From Haloferacaceae archaeon (GTDB taxonomy: Archaea > Halobacteriota > Halobacteria > Halobacteriales > Haloferacaceae): a stretch of 64,000 bases of DNA. The stretch is taken from NCBI GenBank assembly GCA_042216285.1, contig JBDGUC010000009.1, forward strand, positions 24,649-88,648. Reading direction: 5' to 3'. The notes beneath the pieces are model-generated. The model ran no database searches. It saw only the letters and a list, made by a program, of their open reading frames with translations, and was not told where the DNA came from. Shown piece after piece: positions 27,175-36,319 of the stretch. A program made the translations under genes and the position numbers. Within the stretch, counting starts at the first letter, position 1, and each line of letters begins with the position of its first letter.

Positions 27175-28577
27175 CCCGGGACGACGGTGCCGGCGACCGG
27201 ACGGGCGTCGTTCCCGTGGCGTCCCTCGTTCCCGCCGTCGCGGTCGTCGTGCTGGTCGCGTCGGTCACGGCGCTCTTTGCCGCCCCCGGCGCGGCGACCG
27301 CCAGGCCGACGATCCGGAAGCCGGTTCCCGACGAGTACTCGTTCTCGCCGCCGACCCGGGAGGGGGTGGCCACCGTCGACGGCCGCCGGTTCGACTCCGT
27401 GCAGGCGGCCGTCGACGCGGCCCACCCCGGCGACGTGATCCGTCTCGCCGGCCGCTTCGACGAACGCGTCGTCGTCGACGTCTCGAACGTGACGCTGACG
27501 AGCGAGCGGGGAACCCTCGCGTTGATCGACGGGAGCGGCGAGGGCGACGTGCTCACGATCGACGGCGACGACGTCACCGTGCGGCACGTCTGGGTGCGCA
27601 ACTCGGGCTACGACCCCGCGAGCAACGACGCCGCCGTCTGGGTGAACGGCACGAACGCGACGGTCGTCGACGGCCGGGTGACCGAGACGACCTTCGGCAT
27701 CTGGCTCGACGGCGTCGACGGCGCGCGCGTCGTCAACAACACGATCGTCGGCCGCGAGCGGATCCACCCGCTCTCGGATCGCGGCAACGGGATCGAGATC
27801 TGGAAGACGACGAACACGCGGATCAGGGACAACCGGATCACGGACGTCAGGGACGGCGTCTACTACTCGTGGGCCTCGGGGGTCACGGCCAGCGGGAACG
27901 TCCTCTGGGATCTGCGCTACGGCGTCCACTACATGTACTCCGACGACTGCGTGCTCCGGAACAACCTCGCGTTCGACGACGACGTCGGCTTCACGCTGAT
28001 GGTCTCGCAGCGACTCCGGATAGAGAACAACACGGCGTTCAACAACACCGGCCCGAGCGGGCACGGCATCCTCGTCAAGAGCGTCGACGACACGCTGATC
28101 CGCAACAACACGCTGATCGCAAACGGGGACGGCCTCTACGTCTACAACTCCGTCGACGACACCATCGATCGCAACCTCGTGCTCGGAAACCACGTGGGGA
28201 TCGACCTGCAGGCGGGGAGCGTCCGCGAGACCATCGTCAACAACAGCGTCATCGGGAACGACCGACCGGTGCTCACCTACACGAGCGAGCAACTCGCCTG
28301 GAACACCTCCACCCGGGGCAACTACTGGTCGGGCGCGCAGACGACGGACGTCGACGGCGACGGGATCGCGGACGCCCGCTATCGGCCCGCGGGCCTGGTC
28401 GAACGGCTCACGCAGACCCGGCCGCTCGCGCGCGTGTTCGCGGACAGTCCGGCCTTCCAGGTCATCAGGCTGGCGGAGAGTTCGGTTCCGCTGATCCGCT
28501 CTCCCGGCGTCGTCGACTACCACCCGCTCGTCGATCCGCCACACGACCGCTGGAGGCGATACTATGAACGCGATTGA
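27171..28577 (+). CDS. nosD: NosD, periplasmic parallel beta-helix copper-insertion accessory protein
   Basis: N-terminal TM/signal followed by repeated NNTxxxN beta-helix rungs (NNTIVG, NNLAFDD, NNTAFNN, NNTLIAN, NNSVIGN); GNYWSG motif. Confidence 0.9.
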   Translation: MTRDDGAGDRTGVVPVASLVPAVAVVVLVASVTALFAAPGAATARPTIRKPVPDEYSFSPPTREGVATVDGRRFDSVQAAVDAAHPGDVIRLAGRFDERVVVDVSNVTLTSERGTLALIDGSGEGDVLTIDGDDVTVRHVWVRNSGYDPASNDAAVWVNGTNATVVDGRVTETTFGIWLDGVDGARVVNNTIVGRERIHPLSDRGNGIEIWKTTNTRIRDNRITDVRDGVYYSWASGVTASGNVLWDLRYGVHYMYSDDCVLRNNLAFDDDVGFTLMVSQRLRIENNTAFNNTGPSGHGILVKSVDDTLIRNNTLIANGDGLYVYNSVDDTIDRNLVLGNHVGIDLQAGSVRETIVNNSVIGNDRPVLTYTSEQLAWNTSTRGNYWSGAQTTDVDGDGIADARYRPAGLVERLTQTRPLARVFADSPAFQVIRLAESSVPLIRSPGVVDYHPLVDPPHDRWRRYYERD

Positions 28578-29517
28578 ACTCACGAACGTGACCAAGCGCT
28601 TCGGCGACGTGACCGCACTCGACGGGGTTTCGCTCTCGGTTCCCGACGGCGAGGTGTTCGGTCTGCTCGGGACCAACGGCGCCGGAAAGACGACGCTGTT
28701 CAGGATCCTCGTCGACCACCTGCGCCCGGACGCCGGGTCGGTCACGGTGGCCGGCGCGCCCGCAAACGACGGTCCGTCGGTCCGCGACCGGGTGGGTTAT
28801 CTCCCCCAGCGGGTCGGCTTCCCCCCGGCGTTCACCGGCCGGGAGACGCTCCGGTTTCACGCGCGGATGCGGGGGGTTCCCGCCAGGGAGCGCGACACGC
28901 GGATCGGGGCGGCCCTCGACACCGTCGGCCTGACCGCCGCCGCCGACCGGAAAAGCGGCGGTTACTCGCAGGGGATGATCCGGCGCCTCGGCCTCGCGTC
29001 GGTGCTGGTCGCCCGGCCGAGCGTCCTGCTCCTCGACGAACCGACCTCCGGCCTCGACCCGGAGGGCGTCGAGGCGTTCCACGACGTGATCGCGCGGTAC
29101 AACGAGGACGCCGGCGCGACCGTCGTCTACACCTCCCATACGCTCGCGGAGGTCGAGGAGGTCTGCGAGCGGGTGGCCATCCTCGACGACGGCCGGGTGC
29201 TGGTCTCCGGGCCGGTCGACGACCTCCGCCGGCACGCCGGCGACGAGGTCACCGTCGTCGTCTACGCGGACGGGGCGGCCCTCGCGTCGGCCGCCGACCG
29301 CCTGGACGACGATCCGGCGGTCCGGTCCGCACGGCGCGACGGCGGTCGGCTCGTCGTCGCCTGCGAGCGCGCCGCCGCCTACGACGTCGTCACGCGGATC
29401 CGGTCGCGGGTCGACCTCGACGGGTTCGAGGTCCGCGAACCGCACCTCGCCGACGTCTTCCACCGGGCGCTGGCCGGTGCCGGGAACGCCGACGGAGGTG
29501 CGACCGCCGATGACTGA
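28564..29517 (+). CDS. nosF: NosF, ABC transporter ATP-binding subunit
   Basis: Walker A GTNGAGKTT, signature SGGYSQGM, Walker B LLLDEPTSGLD. Confidence 0.9.
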   Translation: MNAIELTNVTKRFGDVTALDGVSLSVPDGEVFGLLGTNGAGKTTLFRILVDHLRPDAGSVTVAGAPANDGPSVRDRVGYLPQRVGFPPAFTGRETLRFHARMRGVPARERDTRIGAALDTVGLTAAADRKSGGYSQGMIRRLGLASVLVARPSVLLLDEPTSGLDPEGVEAFHDVIARYNEDAGATVVYTSHTLAEVEEVCERVAILDDGRVLVSGPVDDLRRHAGDEVTVVVYADGAALASAADRLDDDPAVRSARRDGGRLVVACERAAAYDVVTRIRSRVDLDGFEVREPHLADVFHRALAGAGNADGGATADD

Positions 29518-30475
29518 CAACGCGACCGACGGGAACGTCGACGCACGGCCGGCCGACGGGAACGTCGACGCACGGCCGGCCGACGGGAACGTCGACGCAC
29601 GGACGAACGGCGGCGTCTTCGAGACCGCCGAGTCGACGGCGAACGGGTCGGTCCCCGGCGGGGTCGACGTCCGGTGGCTCCGCGACGTCGGCGACATCGC
29701 CCTCCGGGAGTACCGGATCTTCGCCCGGAGTCGCGTCCCGGTCGGCCTCGCGGCCCTCTTTGCGGTCTTCGCCGTCGGACTGGTCACGTTCGGCGGCTCG
29801 CAGGCCGGGCCGCGGAGCTACGGCGCGGTCGTCGCGAGCCTCTCGGAACTGGGCTCGTATCTCGTCCCGCTGGCGGCGCTCGCGGTCGGCTACGACGCGG
29901 TCGTCGGCGCCGAGGAGCGGGGCGTTCTCGACGTGCTATTCGCGCTCCCGGTGTCGCGCGGGCAGGTGCTCGTCGGGAAGGTCGCCGGTCGCCTCGTCGT
30001 CCTCGTCGGCGGACTGCTCGTGGGCCTCGGCGCCGGCGGGGTGGCGACGGTCCGGTACGTCGGCCTCGCCGGCCTGGGCCAGTACGCGGCGTTCGTGCTC
30101 GCGGCCGCCCTCGCGGGTGCCGCGTTCCTCTCGATCACCGGACTGATCTCGACGCTGGCCCGCGAGCAGACCCACGCGCTCGGGGGCGCCCTCGCCGCGT
30201 GGGTCTGGTTCGTCCTGCTGCACGACCTCGCGGCGCTCGGACTCGTCTCCGCGTTCGACCTCCCGTCGGCGTCGCTCGCGGCGATGGTGCTCGCGAACCC
30301 GGTCGACGTCTTCCGCGTGCTCGTGTTGAGCACCGTCCACACCTCGACCGGCGGGTTCGCCGCCGTGCTGGCGAAGGCCTCGCTCTCGGTCCCGGTGCTG
30401 GTCGTCGGTCTGCTCGCGTGGACCGTCGGACCGCTCCTGGTCGCCGGATACGTGATCCGCTGGCGGGGGGTGTGA
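29510..30475 (+). CDS. nosY: NosY, ABC-2 type permease subunit, with a repeat-bearing N-terminal tail
   Basis: Six hydrophobic segments. The ATG at 29510 overlaps the nosF stop. The N-terminus contains DGNVDARPA x3. Confidence 0.8.
   Translation: MTDNATDGNVDARPADGNVDARPADGNVDARTNGGVFETAESTANGSVPGGVDVRWLRDVGDIALREYRIFARSRVPVGLAALFAVFAVGLVTFGGSQAGPRSYGAVVASLSELGSYLVPLAALAVGYDAVVGAEERGVLDVLFALPVSRGQVLVGKVAGRLVVLVGGLLVGLGAGGVATVRYVGLAGLGQYAAFVLAAALAGAAFLSITGLISTLAREQTHALGGALAAWVWFVLLHDLAALGLVSAFDLPSASLAAMVLANPVDVFRVLVLSTVHTSTGGFAAVLAKASLSVPVLVVGLLAWTVGPLLVAGYVIRWRGV
29528..29602 (+). repeat. 27-bp tandem repeat x2.8 (GACGGGAACGTCGACGCACGGCCGGCC) inside the nosY 5' end
   Basis: Read directly. 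In-frame, encoding DGNVDARPA repeats. Confidence 0.9.
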
Positions 30476-30492
30476 GGACGGATGTCCGATCC

Positions 30493-30840
30493 ATGTCTCT
30501 GACCGCCGGCCCGTTTCCCTACTACTTCCGCCACCGGGACCGGGGGTGGACGGCGGTGGCCATCTACGTTACCGACTACTCGGCCGTCGACTACGAGGTG
30601 ACCACGGTCGAGGGGACCCCCTACATCTCCAGCTCCACCGCCGCCGCCGCGTTCGGACCGGCGACGGGGCTCACGTACGTCGCCGGAAGCACCGTCCGGG
30701 GCGGGATGGGGAAGACGCTCGTCCCCTTCTCGGATCCCGACGACGCCGATTCCTTCGTGGACGACCACGGCGGGCGCCGGGTCCCGTTCGACGACGTCAC
30801 CCCGACGTGGCTCGACGCGTACCTGCACGAGGCACGCTAG
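30493..30840 (+). CDS. nosL: NosL-like accessory protein (short form lacking signal peptide and Cys)
   Basis: TYVAGSTVRGGMGKTLVPFSDPDDADSFVDDHGGRRVPFDDVT resembles the C-terminal NosL signature. Located directly after nosY. Confidence 0.6.
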   Translation: MSLTAGPFPYYFRHRDRGWTAVAIYVTDYSAVDYEVTTVEGTPYISSSTAAAAFGPATGLTYVAGSTVRGGMGKTLVPFSDPDDADSFVDDHGGRRVPFDDVTPTWLDAYLHEAR

Positions 30841-31047
30841 CGGGGCACTCCCGCCTCCGTCGGAGCGCACGCGGGCCACGAGTCGGGTGTGCGGCCGGGC
30901 TCGCGGTGTCGGTACGGGATCCGGTCGGCCACCCGTGAGTGCCCCCCGAGCCACGCGATCGTCCCGTCCACCGGTCAGTGGGGGACCATCGGGGGTCACC
31001 ACCGGCGTCGCAGGCTGGAGGTGACCCGCGACGGGGGACACGTTCCA

Positions 31048-31821
31048 CTACCCGGCCCAGCGATCGTAGGCGTACAGCCCGCCACCGCCGAGGACCAGTA
31101 CGACGCCGAGGGCCGCGACACCGAGCCCGACGACGAAGCCGGCGAACCCGGACCCGAAGTCGTCGACGTGGCCGTAGACGTAGATGCTGTAGAGCGTGTC
31201 GCCCTTCCGGATCGCGGTCGGCAACCGATCGACGTACGGGTCGGTCACCCGGGGACGATACCCCGTGTCGTCTTGCGTGGAGTTGTCAAGCACGTCGTCG
31301 ACGGTGCGCTGCGCGCCCGGTGGGAGGTTCTCGTACCGGGGGGCTCGCTCGGCGATGGCGGTGGCGACCGGCACGAGCGAGACGGACTCGGCGCGGATGG
31401 TCGTGCCGTTCCCCTCGACGGTCAGCCGGCAGTACCCCGCCGTGCCGGCGTCGCTGTCGCGTACGAACGCGTACTCGGCGGCGATCTTCCGGAGGTCCGC
31501 GCGGACGCGCTCGTCGGACACGGTGGCCGAGCCGTTCGCCATCGCCGATTCCAGCGCGCGGCGGGTGGCGTTGGGGGCGCGATACGCGTCGTCGTAGCGC
31601 GTCGTGAGCCGATAGTCGGCGAGCGTGATCTCGTGGCCGTACCGATCGACGAATCGCTTCCGGTGGGACTCGTTGTGCAGGTTGATCCTCTCGGCGGCGT
31701 ATCTCTGGGAGGTCCGTGCGGGCGGGGACGTGGCCGCTGCTGCCCAGCCGAGGTACTGCGGCGCCGGGAGACAGAGCACCCCGACGACGACGAGCAGGAG
31801 GGCGACTCGGCGGCGATCCAT
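31048..31821 (-). CDS. Hypothetical bitopic membrane protein (N-terminal and C-terminal TM segments, extracytoplasmic middle)
   Basis: MDRRRVALLLVVVGVLCL at the N-terminus and GFAGFVVGLGVAALGVVLVLGGGGLY at the C-terminus. Acidic middle part, good GC3. No family recognised. Confidence 0.5.
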   Translation of the reverse strand: MDRRRVALLLVVVGVLCLPAPQYLGWAAAATSPPARTSQRYAAERINLHNESHRKRFVDRYGHEITLADYRLTTRYDDAYRAPNATRRALESAMANGSATVSDERVRADLRKIAAEYAFVRDSDAGTAGYCRLTVEGNGTTIRAESVSLVPVATAIAERAPRYENLPPGAQRTVDDVLDNSTQDDTGYRPRVTDPYVDRLPTAIRKGDTLYSIYVYGHVDDFGSGFAGFVVGLGVAALGVVLVLGGGGLYAYDRWAG

Positions 31822-32041
31822 CGCCCGGGGGAGTCCTCCGGGTTCCCCCAAGTGTCTTGTGGGACTGACGTCATCGTCGGGGGCCCCACGGCGACTGCGG
31901 ACTCGACCCGCACGATCCCGTTTGCCGTGACCGGCGCGACTCCCCCGATGCGTGTTACCCCGCCACGCCCGGCGATTATTGGATATGATAACCCGGCCGG
32001 GGGAGTTTTAGGCCGGCGTTTTCCTCCCCCGTACGAACGCA

Positions 32042-32404
32042 ATGTCAGGCCTGCTGTCCGCACTCGACCCACAGAGCGCCGTCCTGCCGATCATCGCGCT
32101 GATCGGACTCGTGCCGGTCGTCTTGCACTACCGGAGCGAGGCGAAACTGTTCGTCGCCGGGTACGTCTGTCTCGTCGTCGCCACCCTGGCGACGAACCTC
32201 GAGAACCTGTTTCTCGGCGTCGTCCTGAACCACGCGGAACACGTCGTCGGATTGATGGGATCGGCCCTCGTGTTCCTCCTGGCCGCCTACGTGCGCCGCA
32301 AGCAGGTCCTCGGCGAGGAGGCGGGCGTCGAGACCGTCGCGGACGACGTCGGGAGCGCCCTCTTCGGCGACGAGGGGACCGCGGGGACCACGGAGGAGGC
32401 GTGA
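32042..32404 (+). CDS. Small 3-TM membrane protein, co-transcribed with the downstream transducer
   Basis: Three hydrophobic segments. Its stop is 2 nt before the MCP ATG. Topology resembles the MCP N-terminal 3-TM module. Confidence 0.5.
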   Translation: MSGLLSALDPQSAVLPIIALIGLVPVVLHYRSEAKLFVAGYVCLVVATLATNLENLFLGVVLNHAEHVVGLMGSALVFLLAAYVRRKQVLGEEAGVETVADDVGSALFGDEGTAGTTEEA

Positions 32405-32406
32405 GG

Positions 32407-33993
32407 ATGTCGGCGATCACGCTCGCGGCCGACTTCGTCGCCGTCGTCGGCTACGCCGCCACCGCCGTCCTGTGTTTCCGGACCTACCGGGAGACGGACC
32501 TGGAGTCGGGGTTCTGGGCGAACCTCGGGTTCATGTCGGGTCTCGGCGTCCTCTGGACGGGGTCGGTCTTCGCCGAGTGGCTCAACCTCGACGCGACGAT
32601 CATGGACGCCTTCAGCAACTCGCTTCTGGCGATCATCATCGGCGTCGCCGCCATCACGGCGACCGGATCGCTCGCCGTCGTCAGCGATCTGAAGCAGGCG
32701 ACCCGCGAGGCCGAAACGCGCCGCCGGGAGGCCGAGGTTTCGAAGGAGGAAGCCGAGGAGGCACGGAGGGCGGCCGAGAGTGCCCGGGTGGAGGCCGAGG
32801 AGGCGCGAAAGGACGCCGAGGAGTTCAGCGAGCACCTGCAAGCGCAGGCGCGCGACTACGGCCGGGTGATGGAACGGGCCGCCGAGGGCGACCTCACCGC
32901 CCGGATGGATCCGGAGGGTCGGAGCGACGCCATGCAACAGATCGGCGAGGCGTTCAACGGGATGATGGACGATCTCGCCGCGACGCTCGGCGACATCCGC
33001 GAGTTCGCCGAGACCGTTCGGGAGGAGAGCCGAACTCTCTCGACGAGCGCGCACGAGATCGACGACGGCACCAACGAGGTGAGCGCGTCCATCCAGACCA
33101 TCGCCGCGGGTGCCGAACAGCAAAGCGAGAGCCTCACCCAGGTCTCCCAGGAGATGCAGAGCCTCTCGGGGACGATCGAGGAAGTCGCGTCGTCGGCCGA
33201 CGAGGTCGCCACGGAGACCCGGGAGGCCGCACAACTGGGCGTCACCGGCCGGGACGCGGCCGAGGAGGCGATCGACGGGATCGAGTCCCTCCGCGAACGG
33301 ACGGCGTCGACGACGACGGAGATCGAGGCCCTGAACGACGAGATGGAGGCGATCGAGGAGATCGTCGAACTCATCCAGAGCATCGCCGAGCAGACCAACA
33401 TGCTGGCGCTGAACGCCTCGATCGAGGCCGCCCGGGCCGGCGAGGCCGGCGAGGGCTTCGCCGTCGTCGCCGACGAGATCAAGGACCTCGCCGAGGAGGC
33501 CGACGACGCCACCCAGGAGATCGAGGAGCGGATCCTCTCGGTCCGTGACTCGACCGACGAAGCCGTGACGGACATGCAGGAGATGAGCGATCGGGTCGGC
33601 GACAGCGTCGGGACCGTCGAGGCGGCGATCGACGCCCTGCAGGACCTCGCGACCCGCGTCGAGACGGCAAACGAGAGCATCCAGCAGATCAGCGACGCGA
33701 CCGACGACCAAGCCGCCACCACCGAGGAGGTCGTCGCACAGGTCGACGAGGTCAACCAGGTCAGCGACCGGACCAGCACCGGGGCCGCCGACGTCGCCTC
33801 GGCCGCCGAACAGCAGGCGTCGTCGGCCGACACGGTCGTCCAGTCGGTCGGGGCCCTCTCCGGCCGCGTGGACGACCTGATGGACCTCCTCGAACGGTTC
33901 CGGATCGAGGGCGGCAGGACGCCCGCGGCCGCCGGCGAACCCACGGGACCCCGGTCGACGGCCACCACGGACGGCGGTCGCCCGCCCGACTGA
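32407..33993 (+). CDS. Methyl-accepting chemotaxis transducer (Htr) with a membrane-embedded 3-TM N-terminus
   Basis: Highly conserved signalling hairpin EIVELIQSIAEQTNMLALNASIEAARAGEAGEGFAVVADEIKDLAEE; HAMP-like GDLTARMD...AFNGMMDDL. Confidence 0.9.
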   Translation: MSAITLAADFVAVVGYAATAVLCFRTYRETDLESGFWANLGFMSGLGVLWTGSVFAEWLNLDATIMDAFSNSLLAIIIGVAAITATGSLAVVSDLKQATREAETRRREAEVSKEEAEEARRAAESARVEAEEARKDAEEFSEHLQAQARDYGRVMERAAEGDLTARMDPEGRSDAMQQIGEAFNGMMDDLAATLGDIREFAETVREESRTLSTSAHEIDDGTNEVSASIQTIAAGAEQQSESLTQVSQEMQSLSGTIEEVASSADEVATETREAAQLGVTGRDAAEEAIDGIESLRERTASTTTEIEALNDEMEAIEEIVELIQSIAEQTNMLALNASIEAARAGEAGEGFAVVADEIKDLAEEADDATQEIEERILSVRDSTDEAVTDMQEMSDRVGDSVGTVEAAIDALQDLATRVETANESIQQISDATDDQAATTEEVVAQVDEVNQVSDRTSTGAADVASAAEQQASSADTVVQSVGALSGRVDDLMDLLERFRIEGGRTPAAAGEPTGPRSTATTDGGRPPD

Positions 33994-34288
33994 CGACCCG
34001 CCCGGTCCCGGCGTCCTCGCCCCCGTCCGTCGACGGCGCCGGCGTCCGGGACGTCGACGTGGACGTGGACGCCGCCTCGACCCCGCCCGGTCGCCGTCCA
34101 CGGGACCGGCGGATCTCGGGGGTCGAGTCGTCGGACGAGTCCGTCCCATGATATCACTCATCAATGAACGAGTTTTGGACATCTTCGAGATCCGTTCCCA
34201 CGTGCGCCGTCCGTGTCGACGGTCCCCGTCCCGTCCATCGACTGGAGGGCGTCACGGTCGATAATTATGCCGGTCGAAATCCATGTCG

Positions 34289-34340
34289 GTCGATGTTTGT
34301 AAACATCGACGTAGCCAAACATTTCGAAGTATTGATGTTT
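34289..34340. promoter_or_regulatory. Two inverted repeats sharing ATGTTT/AAACAT arms upstream of the ClC gene
   Basis: GTCGATGTTT-gt-AAACATCGAC (34289-34310, perfect 10-bp arms) and AAACAT-N12-ATGTTT (34317-34340), 26-77 nt upstream of the ATG at 34366. Confidence 0.35.
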
Positions 34341-34365
34341 ACGACCGCCGTCGGATGTGACGTAG

Positions 34366-36303
34366 ATGGATGTACTTCGCGGGGACGGATCCGTAGTCGA
34401 AACTTCGCTGACGATGTTCGAGCAGGCGGCGTCGAAGGATTCGATCCCGCTCTATCTCGTCGGGTTCGTCGTGGGGATCATCGCCGGCATCGGCGCGATC
34501 GTCTTCCGGGTCGCGATCTGGATCTTTCAGGTCGTCTTCTTCGGCTCCGCACTGAACCCCGGGAGCGTCGAGTTCTCGATGAGTCGCCTCCCCGCCGTGC
34601 TGGGCGGCTACTCCCTGGCCGGCGTGCCCGACCTCTACCGGTCGTTCGTCGCGCTCGGCGTCTGGCGGTTCGTCCTGATCCCGGCGGTCGGCGGACTGCT
34701 CGTCGGGCTTTACATCTACGCCACCTCGCCGGAGGTCGAGGGCCACGGGACCGACCGCACGCTCGAAGCGTTGCTCGTCCGTGGCGGCCACGTCGACACG
34801 TCGCTCGCGTTTCACAAGATCGTCGCCTCGTCGATCGCCATCGCGTCGGGCGCGTCGCTGGGGCGCGAGGGGCCGATCGTCCAGATCGGGAGCGCGGTCG
34901 GCGCGTACTTCTCGAAGTTCGTCAACAACCGGTATCGGCGGATCCTGGTCGCCGCCGGCGCCGGGGCGGGCATCGCCGGGACGTTCAACGCCCCGCTGGC
35001 CGGCATGCTGTTCGCGGTGGAGGTGCTCCTGGTCGAGTACGACATCCGGAGCCTCATCGTCATCGGCATCGCCTCCGCGATGGCCGTCGTCGTCGTCCGC
35101 CCGGTGCTCCCGTTCACGTCGACGCTCGGGACCGAACTGTTCACGCCGACCCATCCGCTCCACGTCGTCGATCCGCTCGTCGAGTATCCGCTCTACATCG
35201 TCCTCGGTCTGCTGGTCGCGGTGATCGGCTGGGCCGAGGTGTCCGTGCTCTACGGCGTCGGCGACTACTTCGATCGACTCGACATCCCTCGATACGTCAA
35301 GCCCGCGATCGGCGCCGGACTGCTCGGCGTGACCGTCCTGATCACGGCCGGCATCTCCCGGCTCTCGAACTCGGCGGGGCTCACGAGTCTGCAGAGCGCG
35401 AACTGGCTGTTCGGCGTCGGGTACAACACGATCCACGCCGTGGTCTCGACCAACCGGTTCGCCATCGGCCTGCTGGTCGTCTTTGCGATCATGAAGATCG
35501 CCGGCTTCGCGCTCTCGATCGGGAGCGGGAGTTCCGGCGGGGTCTTCTCCCCGTCGCTGTTCATCGGCGCCATGGCCGGGGGGGCGTTCGGGATCCTCGT
35601 CCAGGCGATTCCGGGGACGGCCTCGCCCGCCGCGTACGCGCTCGTCGGCATGGGCGGCGTCTTCGCCGCGGCGGCGCGGGCGCCGCTGACCGCCATGCTC
35701 ATCACCGTCGAACTGAGCGGGCAGTACACGCTCATCCTGCCGCTCCTGCTGGTCTGTGTCATGGGGAGCGAACTCACCGACACGTTCGACCTCCAGGGGT
35801 CGATCTACACGGAGGCGCTCAACCGGATGGGCTACGACATCCACAACCGCCGGATCGGGAGCATCGAGGATTTCACGCCGACCGACGTGATGGCCATCGG
35901 CATCGAGACCGTCACGCCGGACACCCCGATCGAACTGGCGGTCGAACGCCTCACCGAGACGAGCCAGCGGGCACTCCCCGTACTCGAATCGGGTGAGGTC
36001 GCCGGGATTCTCACGGTCTCGGACGTCACCTCCCTCGCCAACGAGGGGAAGTCGTCGTCGGCCCCTCCGATGGTGTTCGACGGGGGTGGGACCGTCGCGA
36101 GCAGCCCCGGGACGACGGTCGAGGACGTCGCCACCGACGACGTGGTCACGATCACCGCGGACGCGAACCTCCTGGAGGCCGTCCACAAGATGAAGACGAT
36201 GGACATCAGCCAGCTTCCCGTCGTCGACGGGGACGGCACGTTCCTGGGGTTGCTCTCCGAGGGAGACGTCCTCAACGCCTACGACAAATCGCTACTGAAG
36301 TGA
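34366..36303 (+). CDS. ClC-family chloride channel/antiporter with a C-terminal CBS pair
   Basis: GREGPIVQIGSAVG, GIAGTFNAPLAGMLFAVE, GSGSSGGVFSPSLFIGA. C-terminal CBS-like ALPVLESGEVAGILTVSDV and QLPVVDGDGTFLGLLSEGDV. Confidence 0.9.
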   Translation: MDVLRGDGSVVETSLTMFEQAASKDSIPLYLVGFVVGIIAGIGAIVFRVAIWIFQVVFFGSALNPGSVEFSMSRLPAVLGGYSLAGVPDLYRSFVALGVWRFVLIPAVGGLLVGLYIYATSPEVEGHGTDRTLEALLVRGGHVDTSLAFHKIVASSIAIASGASLGREGPIVQIGSAVGAYFSKFVNNRYRRILVAAGAGAGIAGTFNAPLAGMLFAVEVLLVEYDIRSLIVIGIASAMAVVVVRPVLPFTSTLGTELFTPTHPLHVVDPLVEYPLYIVLGLLVAVIGWAEVSVLYGVGDYFDRLDIPRYVKPAIGAGLLGVTVLITAGISRLSNSAGLTSLQSANWLFGVGYNTIHAVVSTNRFAIGLLVVFAIMKIAGFALSIGSGSSGGVFSPSLFIGAMAGGAFGILVQAIPGTASPAAYALVGMGGVFAAAARAPLTAMLITVELSGQYTLILPLLLVCVMGSELTDTFDLQGSIYTEALNRMGYDIHNRRIGSIEDFTPTDVMAIGIETVTPDTPIELAVERLTETSQRALPVLESGEVAGILTVSDVTSLANEGKSSSAPPMVFDGGGTVASSPGTTVEDVATDDVVTITADANLLEAVHKMKTMDISQLPVVDGDGTFLGLLSEGDVLNAYDKSLLK

Positions 36304-36319
36304 TCGGACTCCGGAGCAG

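Noticed and set aside
29528-29602. Tandem repeats (here and at 23502, 44203, 62398) as possible CRISPR arrays.
   Set aside because: The units are directly adjacent with no spacers. There are only 2-10 copies, most are in frame within genes, and there are no cas genes.
34366-36303. The ClC protein as a fluoride-specific CLC-F linked to the riboswitch theme.
   Set aside because: It has the canonical chloride-type GREGP selectivity motif and cytoplasmic CBS domains. No crcB-motif RNA precedes it, and it lies 32 kb from the riboswitch.
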